Notes: generated by a model not told the origin, from the letters alone. 64,000 bases of DNA from Octopus vulgaris (GCA_951406725.2 OX597833.1:51770001-51834000); one strand, 5' to 3'. Counted from the first letter of the stretch, positions 39,720 through 53,635 are shown. Numbers and translations are program-made.

Positions 39720-40119
39720 AGTGGAGGCGCAATGGCCCAGTGGTTAGGGCAAGCGGACTCGCGGTCGTAGGATCGCGGTTTTTCGATTCCCAGACCGGGT
39801 GTTGGTAGTGTTTATTGAGCGAGAAACACCTAAAGGCTCAACGAGGCTCCGGCAGGCAGGGGATGGTGGTGATCCCTGCTGTACTCTTTCACCACAACTT
39901 TCTCTCACTCTTACTTCCTGTTTCTGTTGTACCTGTATTTCAAAGGGCCGGCCTTTTCACTCTCTGTGTCACGCTGCATATCCCCGAGAACTACGTTAAG
40001 GGTACACGTGTCAGTGGAGTGCTCAGCCCCCTGCACGTTAATTTCACGTGCAGGCTGTTCCGTTGATTCGGATCAACCGGAACCCTCGTCGTCGTAACCG
40101 ACGGAGTGCTTCCAAGAAA
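39720..40119 (+). mobile_element. SINE family C, full length
   Basis: 11-bp TSD ATTACACCGTT at 39709-39719 and 40120-40130. Confidence 0.92.
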
Positions 40120-40204
40120 ATTACACCGTTTAGGTTTTAGCGTAACCCGGTCAGTTATTTATGCCTTGTCCCTACCTCTGTTAATCTATATGTGCGTATT
40201 CTTA

Positions 40205-40495
40205 TCCCTATCTGGGGTTTCATCACCATCCCGAAGGAGGACGTGCTCCCGTGACTCATTCCACCGCTGTCTGTCTCTGTTCAGTCGTGGACACGTAGAC
40301 CCCCAGATAGCGGGTGCGACCATTTCGCCATCTTGTTTTTCGTCGGTCTCTTGATCTTGTCCATTATCTTGCTATCCATATTCCGTCACCCTGATTGTCC
40401 ATCTGTTGTCCTTCAGTCATGCGATGTGGCCAACCCATCTGTATTTGTTATCCTTGATGGGTCTCATGATGTTGACTCTCGATTTCTATCGAATC
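40205..40495 (-). mobile_element. RTE-clade LINE 3' fragment
   Basis: Minus-strand peptides KYRWVGHIA*LKDNRWTIRVTE and RSRDRRKTRW, matching the RTE pattern WAGHIAR...RxRGRxxxRW. Confidence 0.75.
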
Positions 40496-40499
40496 TCTC

Positions 40500-40907
40500 T
40501 TTTCTCTTTTTCTCTCTTTAACTTGTTTCAGTCATTTGACTGCGGCCATGCTGGAGCACCGCCTTTAATCGAGCAACTCGACCCCGGGACTTATTCTGTT
40601 ATAAGCCCAGTACTTATTCTATCGGTCTCTTTTGCTGAACCGCTTAGTGACGTGGACATAAACACACCAGCATCGGTTGTCAAGCAATGCTAGGGGGACA
40701 AACACAGACACACAAACATACATGCACACATATATATATCTTTATACATATATACGACGGGCTTCTTTCAGTTTCCGTCTACCAAATCCACTCACAAGGC
40801 TTTGGTCAGCCCGAGGCTATAGTAGAAGACACTTGCCCAAGGTGCCACTCAGTGGGACTGAACCCGGAACCATGTGGTTGGCAAGCAAGCTACTTACCAC
40901 ACAGCCA
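40500..40907 (-). mobile_element. SINE family A
   Basis: Reverse complement of the family A consensus. Confidence 0.92.
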
Positions 40908-41729
40908 CATCCAAGCTTCCTGCGCCTATCCAGGCATTGATTTTTTTTTTTTTATGTCGAGCTTGATTCGTTCCATTTCCCATTAGGCTACATCCAGGTA
41001 TAAGCTTGGTATATTTGTAGACAACTCAGTTGAAATGAATATGATAAAACAGTATCCTTCGCGCAGTATACTTTCCGTAAACGAGCCTCTAAGGTATGGG
41101 TCCAGCACGCTTCTCACAGAACAACGGAGCCAGTTCTATTAGAGAAAGTATGTATCTATGTATGAAAGAGAAAAAAAGATTCAACTTCAGCAGATATTTT
41201 GTTCATCGAAGCTTGGAAAAATTAAATATATAAGGTTGATCTCGGCGATATTGCATTTCAGAATATAGACAGCTGGATATCTCACTTGACATTTTCTGTT
41301 GCAGGCAGAATTAGTAGCTATCCCAGTAAGTATGTATACAAGAGTATGTATTGTGTTCAGCAGTGTTTCGATGAGTTGATTCCAACTTGCGCTGCGAAAG
41401 AAAACTTGCACAGGAAAAAACAAGGGTGTGTCATTCGGAGCTTTCTTTCCTCAGTCGAGTTACAGATTATCTTTGCAATTTCGGCTGGTTGTATGTATGT
41501 ATGTATGTATATGTACCGATTTGTATATTTTGTTTTATGTATGTATTCTCATGCATATAGTTGCATGTTTAGACATGCTCAATGTACTTAAATGATAAAC
41601 TTCTGGGAAGTTTATGAAACAGTAATTGTTGTCATGACACAAGGATTGGTTTGTTGTAAATGGAATTGTGAACTAAGCAATAAACACAATTTGCTAACTC
41701 CATTCATTGATATTCTTAGTATGCATATA

Positions 41730-42146
41730 CTCTTTACTCTTTACTCTTTTACTTGTTTCAGTCATTTGACTGCGGCCATGCTGGAGCACCGCCTTTAGTC
41801 GAGCAAATCGACCCCGGGACTTATTCTTTGTAAGCCCAGTACTTATTCTATCGGTCTCTTTTGCCGAACCGCTAAGTAACGGGGACCTAGACACACCAGC
41901 ATTGGTTGTCAAGCAATGCTAGGGGGACAAACACAGACACACAAACAAACACATATATATACATATATATATATATATACATACGACAGGCTTCTTTCAG
42001 TTTCCGTCTACCAAATCCACTCACAAGGCATTGGTCGGCCCGGGGCTATAGCAGAAGACACTTGCCCAAGATGCCACGCAGTGGAACTGAACCCGGAACC
42101 ATGTGGTTGGTTAGCAAGCTACTTACCACACAGCCACTCCTGCGCC
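41730..42146 (-). mobile_element. SINE family A, full length
   Basis: Reverse complement of the family A consensus with a (CTCTTTTA)n tail. Confidence 0.93.
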
Positions 42147-42372
42147 ATATACCTACAAATGTTTTGTAAATTTCAGGATTACAGGTGCAACAATCTTAAG
42201 AGACGTTTCCACCTGTCAGTTTCCAGATAGCCATCATAAGTAGAAGAGTTTCATAAAGTAAACGTCCTGAATATATATCCCATATATATATGTGTGTATG
42301 TGTGTGTATGTATGTATAATTTTATATCATATGTTCTGAGGGAAATTACGCAACCAAGCATTTATGTATATA

Positions 42373-42552
42373 TATTTCTTTACTACCCACAAGGGGCTAA
42401 ACACAGAGGGGACAAACAAGGACAGACAAACGGATTAAGTCGATTATATCGACCCCAGTACGTAACTGGTACTTAATTTATCGACCCCGAAAGGATGAAA
42501 GGCAAAGTCGACCTCGGCGGAATTTGAACTCAGAACGTAGCGGCAGACGAAA
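42373..42552 (-). mobile_element. SINE family B, headless copy with a ~26-bp TSD
   Basis: TACGCAACCAAGCATTTATGTATATA at 42347-42372 and 42553-42578. The 5' end falls at (GTA)TTTCGTCTGCCGCTAC. Confidence 0.9.
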
Positions 42553-42753
42553 TACGCAACCAAGCATTTATGTATATAAGTATGTGTAAGCGTGTATGTC
42601 TGTTGTAAGTGTGTGTGAGGGACTTGCTTGTATGTGTGATCGTGTGTGTTTGTCTATACTTGTGAGCATGCGTGCGCAAACAATTTTATATATTGAATCT
42701 TAATTTTTAACCCTCTCAAAAAAATACAACGTAGAATACGAGGTTCCGGGGAA

Positions 42754-42789
<36 letters not shown>

Positions 42790-42809
42790 TATGTGTGTGT
42801 GTGTGTGTA

Positions 42810-43482
42810 TGCCATTATTCAGTTTTAGTTCAAGATTTCTTGCCAATAGAGGGAGAGAGAGTTTCTAACCCAGATACAAGACTCCTTCATTGGAATTTCA
42901 ACATCAACAAAGTTTGTTGAATACAAAAAGACAAAGCAATACAAAAAATGTTGAAAACAAAGGAATACAAAAAATGGGACTAGAAGGCAAAACATCCAGT
43001 CAGTTAAATGATACAAAAAAGGCACAGCAAAACCTCCAGAAAGATGATACAAAAAAGGGACAGGAAAAATCAAGGACGATTTATTCGGAGTTTTCTTTCC
43101 TCAGTCGAGTTCAAGATTATCTTTGCAATTTCGGCTGGTTGTATGTATGTATGTATACATGCATGCATGTATGTATGTATGTATGTATGTATGTATGTAT
43201 GTATGTATGTATGTATGTATGTATGTATGTATGTATGTATGCATGTATGTATGTATGCATGTATGCATGTATGTATGTATGTATGTATATGTGCCGATTT
43301 GTATGTTTTGTTTTATGTATGTATTCTCATGCATATAGTTGCATGCCTCGACATGCTCATATATACTTAAATGATAAACTTCTGGAAAGTTTTACAGATC
43401 TTTACGGTTCCAGTGATGGCTTGGATTTGTAGTCTTCGAATCAGCTTTCTGCTTTCTGGTTTTGAGAAGCCTAATTTCTCTA
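42810..43482 (-). mobile_element. R4/Dong-like RLE LINE 3' end in (TACA)n, with a Penelope-like fragment (~42915-43140) inside its 3'UTR
   Basis: 43270-43482 and 42810-42910 are the reverse complements of ~2675-2880 and ~2903-2997. Confidence 0.7.
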
Positions 43483-43825
43483 TCTTTCTGTCTGTCTGCC
43501 TGTATGTATGTATGTACGTATGTATTTATAGGTGTGCGTGTCTGTGCGTATATGCGAGTGTATACAACAACCCATATATACTCGATCAACTACACATACA
43601 ACCAAATAGAAGTAAACCGTTACACGCAACCCCAGCCCTAATTCCTATAGACATATATTCACACGGTCAAGCACAAACAGCCCCTAAATATACACATACA
43701 CACACGCATACACATATATACACACACGGTGATACATACACAACCAACTACGCACATACACACACGCATACAAATATATACACATACAGTGATTCGTATA
43801 CAATCAACTACGCACATACACTTAT

Positions 43826-43873
<48 letters not shown>

Positions 43874-44204
43874 ACACTTACATAGTCAGTCGCTGGAGTT
43901 ACTAATGAACAAGGAAAACAAATGTGAAATATGAAAATAAGGAACCCCACCCTTTCTCCGTCCTTTACTTACTAGTTGACCTCGCTAGAAATTTTATCGA
44001 GTGACATTTATAGCTAATTGGCTCAGCAGGTAGTAAGTTCAAGCCTAGCTAGATGTAGTATCTCTCTGGGGGCGATTTTTTCTGATTTTGTTGTTTTTAC
44101 TTCCTCTCTTCAAAAAAAAAAAAAATTAAGGGTCCTCAGTTTCTTAGACATATCTTCTACTCCGTAACCCAGTCTTCCACTTACTCTCTATCCTTCTCTT
44201 TCAA

Positions 44205-44241
44205 TATACATACATATATATGTATGTATATTGTATGTATG

Positions 44242-44273
<32 letters not shown>

Positions 44274-44467
44274 TGTATGTATGTATGTATGTATGTATGT
44301 ATGTATATGTATGTATGTATGTATGTATATATATATGTATATATATATATATGTATATATATGTATGTATATATATATGTATGTATATATATATGTATGT
44401 ATATATATGTGTATGTATATATATGTGTATGTATATATATATGTATGTATGTATATATATATGTATG

Positions 44468-44532
<65 letters not shown>

Positions 44533-44589
44533 GTATATATATATGTATGTATATATATATATATGTATGTGTGTATATATATATGTATG

Positions 44590-44632
<43 letters not shown>

Positions 44633-44638
44633 ATATAC

Positions 44639-44693
<55 letters not shown>
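44205..44693. repeat. Compound (TATG)n/(TA)n microsatellite
   Basis: Directly visible ~490-bp tract. Confidence 0.95.
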
Positions 44694-44697
<4 letters not shown>

Positions 44698-44949
44698 TTC
44701 CCTTCACCATCCCCGCAGTGCTGACATCATTATAATCATCTTCATCGGTAACAATCATGACACACAACCACCACCTCCTCCTCCTCCCCTCCCCCTTTGT
44801 TTCATATTCTTTACCTTTTTCCTTTCTTTTTTTACTCGCTCTTCCCTTGTCTTACTTTCCTTTGTCTACTTCACCAGCATTCTCTTTGCTGTTGTCATTC
44901 TTATCATAATATGTAATTTTTTTCTTCTTCAAAATCGTAATAAACCCCC

Positions 44950-45590
44950 ATACCACGACCATCAACACCACCACCACCACCACTACCACCACCACATTTA
45001 CCACAAGCACCACCAACAACATTATCACCACCATCATCACCAGTAACATTACCACCACTGCCACTACCATCACCACCATCGTCACCACCACCACCACCAC
45101 CACACCTCCGCCATCATCACCGCCACCATCACCACCACCACCACTCTCCCTACCATCAGCTCCAGCAACAACATTACCACCACCACCACCACCGACACCA
45201 CCACCATCATCACCGCCACCATCACCACCACCATCATCACCACCACCACCACGACCACCACATTTACCACAAGCACCACCAACAACATTATCACCACCAT
45301 CATCACCAGTAACATTACCACCACTGCCACTACCATCACCGTCACCACCACCTCCACCACCACCTCCGCCATCATCACCACCACCATCACCACCACCACC
45401 ACCACCCTCCCTACCATCAGCTCCAGCAACAACATTACCACCACCACCATCATCACCGCCACCACCGTCACACCACCTTCACTACCACCGACACCACCAC
45501 CATCATCACCGCCACCACCGTCACACCACCTTCACTACCACCGACACCACCACCATCTGACTCCACCACCACCTGCCTCCACCACCATTA
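44950..45590. repeat. (CAC/CAT)n-derived repeat with higher-order units
   Basis: ACCACATTTACCACAAGCACCACCAACAACATTATC recurs ~265 bp apart. A ~54-bp unit is duplicated near 45443-45550. Confidence 0.9.
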
Positions 45591-46260
45591 CCATCCCAAC
45601 CCCTGCTAATATTTCAGGCGACGAATTATCAGAGCCGTTAAGAAAGTTGGATAAAATTCTTCGTGGAACTTTTTACAACACTGTGCGCCCCGAGTTCAAA
45701 TGGCACCGTTCGAGGTCAATAAAAGAAACAATGTAACTGTCAAGAGTGAGGAATTGGCGGAATTGTTAGGGCGTCGGGTGGGATGTTGGGCAGTACCTGT
45801 TCCAGATCTTTGTATTGTTCGAACGGGGTAAGCGACAGACCACACCCCCACTCACTAAATTACATCTTACCGTCTTAAAACAAAAAAGACATTTTAGATG
45901 CTATGATCCTGAGTGCACAGTACCTGGGAATGCGATGGAATGGCCATGAGTGGAACATCTTTGAGTATAGGTGTGTTTAAATAGAGCAGCCCAAATTTTT
46001 GGCACAAGACCAGCAGTTTCGGGGTAGGGGTTAAGTTGATTACATCAACCATCAGTTTTCAACTGGCACTTATTCTATCGATCTCAAAAGGATGAAAAGC
46101 AAAATCGACCTCAGCGGAATTTAAACTCAGAACGTGAAGTCGGACAAAATGCCACTAAACATTTTGTCCGGCATACTAACGATTATGCCAAACCCTTCCT
46201 GCGGTTACATATTAATAACATAAGTAGGACATTTTTTGTGCGTTTTCCAGGAATAGTATA

Positions 46261-46480
46261 TGAAGGGGAGCTGGAATGTTCCTGGCTTTTCGGATATCAT
46301 AAAAAGGCCTATTTGGGGGGCCCCACATTCCGATTTCTTTTACAGGGCTTTAAAAAAACTGAAGGACCACTGCAATGCATGTGTGAATCTGAGGGGGGAA
46401 TATGTTGGATAAAATCATAATTAACTAATCCTCCTGTATTTTCTTTTACCCAAACCCATGAACTTTCTAGCAACTCGTCG
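46261..46480 (+). mobile_element. ~215-bp mariner-derived MITE (copy 2)
   Basis: Homologous to 27622-27837 (AAAAACTGAAGGACC...ATAAAATCAT...TTTTCTTTTACCCAAA). Confidence 0.75.
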
Positions 46481-47398
46481 TAATCTTGTTAGGAGCCAAC
46501 ACCAATAGGAAGAGGAAAATATTTAAGCGGGAAAATTAGAATTGTGTTGTCGCTCCTTCTCAGAAGACATTGAATATAGATGAAATAGCTGTAGCTATAA
46601 AGTATATATTTACTCGGAATATTAAATAAATACGAATGGTGGAGGAGAAAAGAGTAATATTTTAATTGAGTCTGTCGTAATTTTCAATGAGAAATCCAGA
46701 AAAGCAACAACGGCGCTGCATGAATCTCTATAAACTATACGAAATGTGTAATGAAAATATAAAGCGTTCAAAAGTACCAAATAAGAAATTATGAAGATGA
46801 ATAACTTTCTTGATGTATCATTAAACGGAACACCTGATATATTTATATACACCACTGACACACTTCGCCTTCTCAATTAAAACAAAAACAAAAAAAAAAA
46901 TGAAAGCAAGAAACTTGGACAACTTCTTATAACTAATAAATAACTCTGACAACAGCGCAGTAATCCACAACAATAACACGACCATTCATGTTAAAGTCAT
47001 CAATGTGTGAAACATATATACTGCATGACGTCCTTTATGTAATATATACATTGAGGGGAAAACTTGCACGAATCTTAACAGATGTGCTTCTATGCACCTG
47101 TTGGGCGGAATATATTGTGTACAGTTCAACATGATGTAAAAGGTATGCAAGAAGGGCTAAAAAAATTTTTTAGACTATTTACAAAATCTGCGAGCATTTT
47201 CAATATTCCAGATATATTTATGTACCGACGAAGGATATGAATTTAAACGGGTGTCTCGGATTGACTCTTATATTTATATATCTGATTAAAAAGTATATAT
47301 ATTCATATACACAAATATTTATGGATATTAATGCAAATATATACTTATATAAATATACATCGATATATGTAAGAATTTACATAACAGTAATATATACA

Positions 47399-47466
<68 letters not shown>

Positions 47467-47744
47467 TGTAGGTGTTTGTGCGGATTGGCATGTATAAATA
47501 AGTATTTCAAGATTTCACGTTTTCATCATCACCTGCGCAAACATAACTTCGGGCAATCTAGATTACCATTAAGAAGAATAATAAAACTTTCTTTCAGAAG
47601 AAATTACTAACATATAGTGGCCACTTTGTTGGCAGGACTCCTACATCTGTCTGTCTATCTGTCTGTCTGTCTGTCTGTCTCTACCTATATATATATATAC
47701 ATAAATACACACATATCCACACATATTTACACATATACATATTC

Positions 47745-48088
47745 TTTTATTTGCTTCAGTCATTTGACTGCGGCCATCATGGAGCACCCACTTTAGTCGA
47801 GCAAATCGACCCCAGGACTTATTCTTTGTAAGCCTTGTACTTATTCTATCGAACAGCTAAGTGACGAGGATGTAAACACATCAGCATCGGTTGTCAAACA
47901 CAGACACACAAACATATATATATATATATATATATATATACGATGGGCTTCTTTCAGTTTCCATCTACCAAATCCACTCACAAGGCTTTGGGCGGCCCGA
48001 GGCTGTAGCAAAAGACACTTGCCCAAGGTGCCACGCAGTGGGACTGAAAACCGGATCCATGTTGTTGGTAAGTAGATTGCTGCGCCTA
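47745..48088 (-). mobile_element. SINE family A with deletions
   Basis: Reverse complement of the family A consensus. Confidence 0.88.
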
Positions 48089-48621
48089 CATATATGTTAA
48101 TCATAATAAAGGGTAACAATCATTAATGATTTTACCAATGGATCAGCGCGGAAATAAAAATCTTATAGGAGAATTTTACAAATATTATATTATATACATA
48201 ATTATAACAAGGGAATGGCTATAAGCCTCTCCACGCGCTAGAAAATAGACGCCAAAAGACGCTAATACCACCTTAAAAATTCCGAAAAATAAACTCGGGC
48301 TGTAGTCGAGCAAACGAAAGATAATGAATTAAACTTTTGGTTAACCGTGTACAAGATCCCGTTTCGAGCTTAAGGTAAAAAAAAATTATTCTTACTGCTA
48401 TCTTCAGCAACGTTATTCCGTAAAATAAATTCACGGATATCTACACATATGTATACGAGCAGCGACTTCGTACAGCAATATATACATTCACTCGTAAAAA
48501 TATACAACAAAGTAGAATTCCCATCTCCCTTTTCAGCCACGTGTAGTATATCAAAACAACTCTGCAGCAGTGAATGCAGCTTTGGTCAATACATACATAC
48601 ATACATACATACATACATACA

Positions 48622-48657
<36 letters not shown>

Positions 48658-49213
48658 TCGATAACACATGTATATATCGACACACATTGACAACCGGTGA
48701 TTGTCACACGCTGATGACAGGTCAGTACACAGAAACCCGGGTCTGTGTGTATCACGTCAGGTTGAAGATGGAAAGGATAACTTCCCTTTGCAAATACTGT
48801 AAGGGCATAGAAAGTGTGTCAATAACCAGCTGGTGGATATCTACCTGGGGCTACAAGCTACAGTAGCATCCACCCTTAAGTGTTAGCTACATTTAAGTGA
48901 CAAATATACTTCACGATATATATATATATATACATGCACACACATACCTTTGACGTGTAGGTATACATATGCTATATTTATTTTTACAGTGTGTGTATGT
49001 ATGAGTGTGTGTTTGTGTGTGTATTGACGTGATCCAGAATTCATGTGTTAAAATTATGGCTATTGTATATTTGTTCATTTATGAAATTTGTCCACTATGT
49101 CCATCGTTGTTCTTGTGGGACCTACTCATAACTAGATGAATAAACATATTATTCGTGTAGCAAACAAAGAAATTCTCGCATTCTCTCGATTTTCTTTGAT
49201 TCAGACCACCTCA

Positions 49214-49517
49214 TCATCCCAGCAGACAAAATGGAAACGGCATTGCCCCGGAGGATCGTGAGGGAGATGCGCTGGAACAGCCACTCTGATTCACTGGGCT
49301 AGTACTTGTGGATAGCCATCTCTGCCCCATTAGTATTGAGGATGGATATGGCCTGTGGGCCGAGAGCGCCGGAGGTCTCCACTTCCACAGGCTCAACCAT
49401 AGACCTATAAGCGAGCGACCGATACTTTCATAGTTTGCTTTTCTCAGCCTGACGAGCAGCGGAGCTAGGCTGGTAGCTGAACACATTAAGTTGCCACTGG
49501 AAATGGTGTCACAAACT
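49214..49517 (-). pseudogene. C-terminal restriction-like endonuclease region of a CRE-like non-LTR retrotransposon
   Basis: Frame absent from the ORF track: AARQAEKSKL*KYRSL...EPVEVETSGALGPQA...WLFQRISLTILRGNAVSIL, matching the AExxKxxKY / PxxxETxG / QRISxxIxRGNA signature. Confidence 0.8.
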
Positions 49518-49921
49518 TTATGGCTATGGTGTTGAGTTTGGAAACAGGAATCTTCACACTGGAAATCCAGCCGGAATATTTACACCAAATCGGACACCAC
49601 TAAAGGCACACAAAGTGGGAAACACCAAATCATTATGCCTCACCGTGGAAATGAACAATTGCGAAAGGAACTCCGTAACCAAAGGCTATAAATAGTATAG
49701 CCATAAGACTATACCATTCATAACTTTATTGTTATAAATAATATAACCTTATGACTATACTATTAATCAAAAATTCCTACGGTTATTGATTCATTCAGAG
49801 GCAATATGGGTAAGAGATAGAGAACCGGTGTGGCAAATCTAGACATTTATAAAATTTGATGCAAAAGAGTAATAGGCGAGGAAACATCTCTTTTAAATAG
49901 AAATAACAGAATATGCTGCTA

Positions 49922-50270
49922 GGATCTTTACCTTTTGATCGACAGATCTAAAAAATAATTTTTTGTTAGTAAACACTTTCAAATTTCGGACACTGGTAGA
50001 ATGTGTCATAAAAACATCTTTTACTCTTAGCGTTTTTGAGAAAAGCTTATATTTAGGAAGTTATTTCACGTTAAAGTTGTCGTATTTCGGTAATTTCAAC
50101 CAAATAATGACGTGTATTCAGTTGAATAAAATTACTGCCGTTGTTTCTCAACAACAACTATCGGCGGTGTATTTTTCGTTTGTCACTGTTCTTTGTCATC
50201 GTTCGTGCGTTTGTAGTGGTTTTAGCTTTAAGGTTTTAGGGTTATGGTTAGAGTTTTAGGGTTAGGGTTG
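49922..50270. mobile_element. Diverged one-ended relative of the 34237 MITE, with TTAGGG-like repeats
   Basis: Begins GGATCTTT. ACTGGTAGAATGTG...AAAACATCTTTT matches the reverse complement of ~34560-34590. TTAGGG-like run at ~50222-50270. Confidence 0.55.
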
Positions 50271-50387
50271 TCATAAATAACAGTGACATCATGTGTTACC
50301 GAATACAGAAATATGTGTAACATGCAAAAAAAAAGAGTACCATGTTCATGTTCCTTTTTACCAGTGTATATGTGTATGTGTATGTGT

Positions 50388-50418
<31 letters not shown>

Positions 50419-50600
50419 AATAGACACACAAACAGATAGAGAAGGATGAATAGACAGACAGATAGATAGATAGCTAAATACATACGTAGTTAGATATAGT
50501 GATGAATAAATAGACAGACAGACAGAACGAGAGAGATAAATAGACAGAAAGATAGACAAACCGATAGAGAGATAGACAAACAGTTAGAGAGAGATAAATA

Positions 50601-50639
<39 letters not shown>

Positions 50640-51115
50640 GATAGACAGACAGACAGACAGACAGACGGGTAAAGTCATCGAGAATGGTGATGAGAACGGA
50701 GAGAGAAATCTTCACACTGGAAATCTAGTCGGAATATTTACAAAAGACCGGACAGCGCTAAAGAAACTCAAAATTGGAAGACACCAACTCATTGCGCCTC
50801 GCCGTGGAACTGAACCTGGAACCACAAAATTGTGAAACGAACTCTTTAAACCAAACAACCATGCCTGAGCCTACCATGGATAGATTTTATTTTTACCGAA
50901 ATTAAAGTGTCCTTGTTGAACTCTAGGAACGAATCTAAACTGGATGTAAGTACTTTTGACTAGACTCTTCTACCAACGATTTCGCTGGAACCATCCCACA
51001 CACTTATTCTACATGAAATCCCCACAACCCCGTGATTAATAGTTCCACCCACCCACCATAACCACGGCTATATCGTCTGTCATCATCATCATCATCATCG
51101 TCATCCTCATCATCG

Positions 51116-51147
<32 letters not shown>

Positions 51148-51272
51148 GCTAATCCTGTCACCACAATTGACGGCGTCACGAGCATTATCTCTGAACCCAC
51201 GCTGCTGCATTTGGATAAATAGTTTCTGTGAAGCTATATCATTCCACCCTACTCATTCAACCTTTCTCTGTG

Positions 51273-51318
<46 letters not shown>

Positions 51319-51334
51319 GCACACGCAAGCACAC

Positions 51335-51524
51335 ACAAACACCCATATATGTATGTGCGTGTGCGTGCATGTATGTATATATATATATATTATGTACGTA
51401 CATATGCATGTATATGTATGTATATATGTATCTATATCTATACATATATATATGCATATGTATATATGTATGTGTGTATAAACACAACCACACTCAAACA
51501 CCCATATATGCATGTTTGTGTATG

Positions 51525-51556
<32 letters not shown>

Positions 51557-51830
51557 CATATGTATGTATATGTATGTATATATGTATCTATATCTATACA
51601 TATATATATATAAGCATATGTATATATGTATGTGTGTATAAACACAACCACACTCAAGCACCCATATATATGTGTGTGTATGTATGTATATATATATGTG
51701 TATGTATGTATGTATGTATATATATGTATCTATATCTATACATATATATATGCATATGTATATATATATGTGTGTATACACATAACCACACTCAAACACC
51801 CATATATATGTATATGTTTGTGTATGTATA
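51335..51830. repeat. Minisatellite of ~140-160 bp built from TA/TG microsatellite (3-4 units)
   Basis: Anchor AACCACACTCAA(A/G)CACCCATATAT at ~51487, ~51646 and ~51784. Confidence 0.85.
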
Positions 51831-51884
51831 TGTATGGCTATATATATATATTTATGTATGTATATTTATATATATATATATACT

Positions 51885-51923
<39 letters not shown>

Positions 51924-51924
51924 G

Positions 51925-51976
<52 letters not shown>

Positions 51977-52414
51977 TCCTCCTGTCCACACGTCCTGATT
52001 ATTTACTACGAACCTCTTTCTATCAACGGACCACCCTGATGTTCTCCCCCCCTCTCTCCCTCTCTCTTTCTCTCTCTCTCTGTCTTTCTCTTTGTCTCTC
52101 TTTGTCTCTCCTTAAGACTTAATCTTGTGGCTAGTCTTTACCCTACTTATATCTGTCCGAACGAAGCCAAGTTTGAGCTGTTATATATTATCAGATTTAT
52201 CGTCTTTCTTGAAAGTCATCGCTGACAACAACAACGACAACAACAACACCAATAAGAACAACAACATTAACCGCAGCAGAGACAGAAATATCCCCCAAGA
52301 CATTCAAGAGCAACATCATCAACCACAAATAGTAAACTTCGACAACAACCGAGACAACAACGACAACCCAACCACGACGTCGGCGGCGAATGTAACAACA
52401 GCAACAATTGCGGA

Positions 52415-53217
52415 TGGCCCAGTGGTTAGGGCAGCGGACATCACGGTCGTAAGAACTAAGGTGGCGAGCTGGCAGAAACGTTAGTACGCTGGGCGAAATG
52501 CGTGGCCGTATTTCGTCTGCCGCTACGTTCTGAGTTCAAATTCCGCCGAGGTCGACTTTGCCTTTCATCCTTTCGGGGTCGATAAATTAAGTACCGGTTA
52601 CGCACTGGGGTCAATGTAATCGACTTAATCCGTTTGTCTGTCTTTGTTTGTCCTCTCTGTGTTTAGCCCCTTGTGGGTAGTAAAGAAATAGGTCGTAAGA
52701 ACGCAGTTTCGATTCCCAGACCGGGCAATGTGAGTGTTTATTGAGGAAAAAGACACCTAAGCTCCATGCGGCTCCGGCGGGTGGGGGTAGACATCGCTGT
52801 ACTCTTTCACCACAACTTTCTCTCACTCTTTCTTCCTACTTCTGCCACGAAGCAGAGGAACCATGGTGTAACCCACAATGGTGTGGTAAACCTTCAGACC
52901 CTAGTTTAGATTACGAATCCTCACACACACGGCGGAGGCGGCAACAACAACTACCGTGGTGGCGTAATGGCCCAGTGGTTAGCGCAGCGGACTCACGGTC
53001 GTAAGAACGCGATTTCGATTTCAAGACCGGGCATTGTGAGTGTTTATTGAGGAAAAGACACCTAAGCTCCATGAGGCTCCGGCGGGTGGGGGTGGACTCT
53101 TTCACCACAACTTTCTCTCACTCTTTCTTCCTACTTCTGCCACAAAGCAGAGGAACCATGGTGTAACCCACTATGGTGTGGTAAACCTTCAGACCCTAGT
53201 CTAGATTGCGAATCCTC
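52415..53217 (+). repeat. Tandem duplication of a family C-variant SINE head plus downstream block; the first copy is interrupted by SINE B
   Basis: AGCAGAGGAACCATGGTGTAACCCAC...AAACCTTCAGACCCTAGT occurs at ~52851 and ~53146, each preceded by the same C-like head. Confidence 0.85.
52457..52690 (+). mobile_element. SINE family B inserted in a C-type SINE head
   Basis: 12-bp TSD GGTCGTAAGAAC at 52445-52456 and 52691-52702. Confidence 0.93.
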
Positions 53218-53635
53218 TGTACCCCAGGATGGTTCAGCTCTCCACCCGTTAAAAGCCACCGTATACAGAATGAGGATAATAACGTAGCTTTCGCGCTCGT
53301 GCAACCGTCAGTCTATTGCGTGTGGTGGGTGGATCTTCAAGTTGCCACACGCACTCTTAGTAGCTTAGAGTAGGCTCGAATTAGAGATTATACTTTGTGG
53401 CTAATGGCGTGAGTCCTGATTAGAAAAAGAAGAAAAATAAGAAGACAGCAACAGTCAAACTAAGGAACCTTGCTAGCATATTCAACATCACCAACAATAA
53501 CATTAATTTTAACATTTATATGAAGAACAATCACAAAAGCAAGATCTAAACACTAGCACATCTACATTATCACCTGCCCTGCAAAATGGTAGCTAAATCT
53601 CCCTTAACTCACATTTAATGTTTTAAGAAAGCATG

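Noticed and set aside
41430-41490. Permuted hammerhead on the minus strand (GAAA...CTGAGGA)
   Set aside because: Stem I cannot form and the cleavage triplet is out of register.
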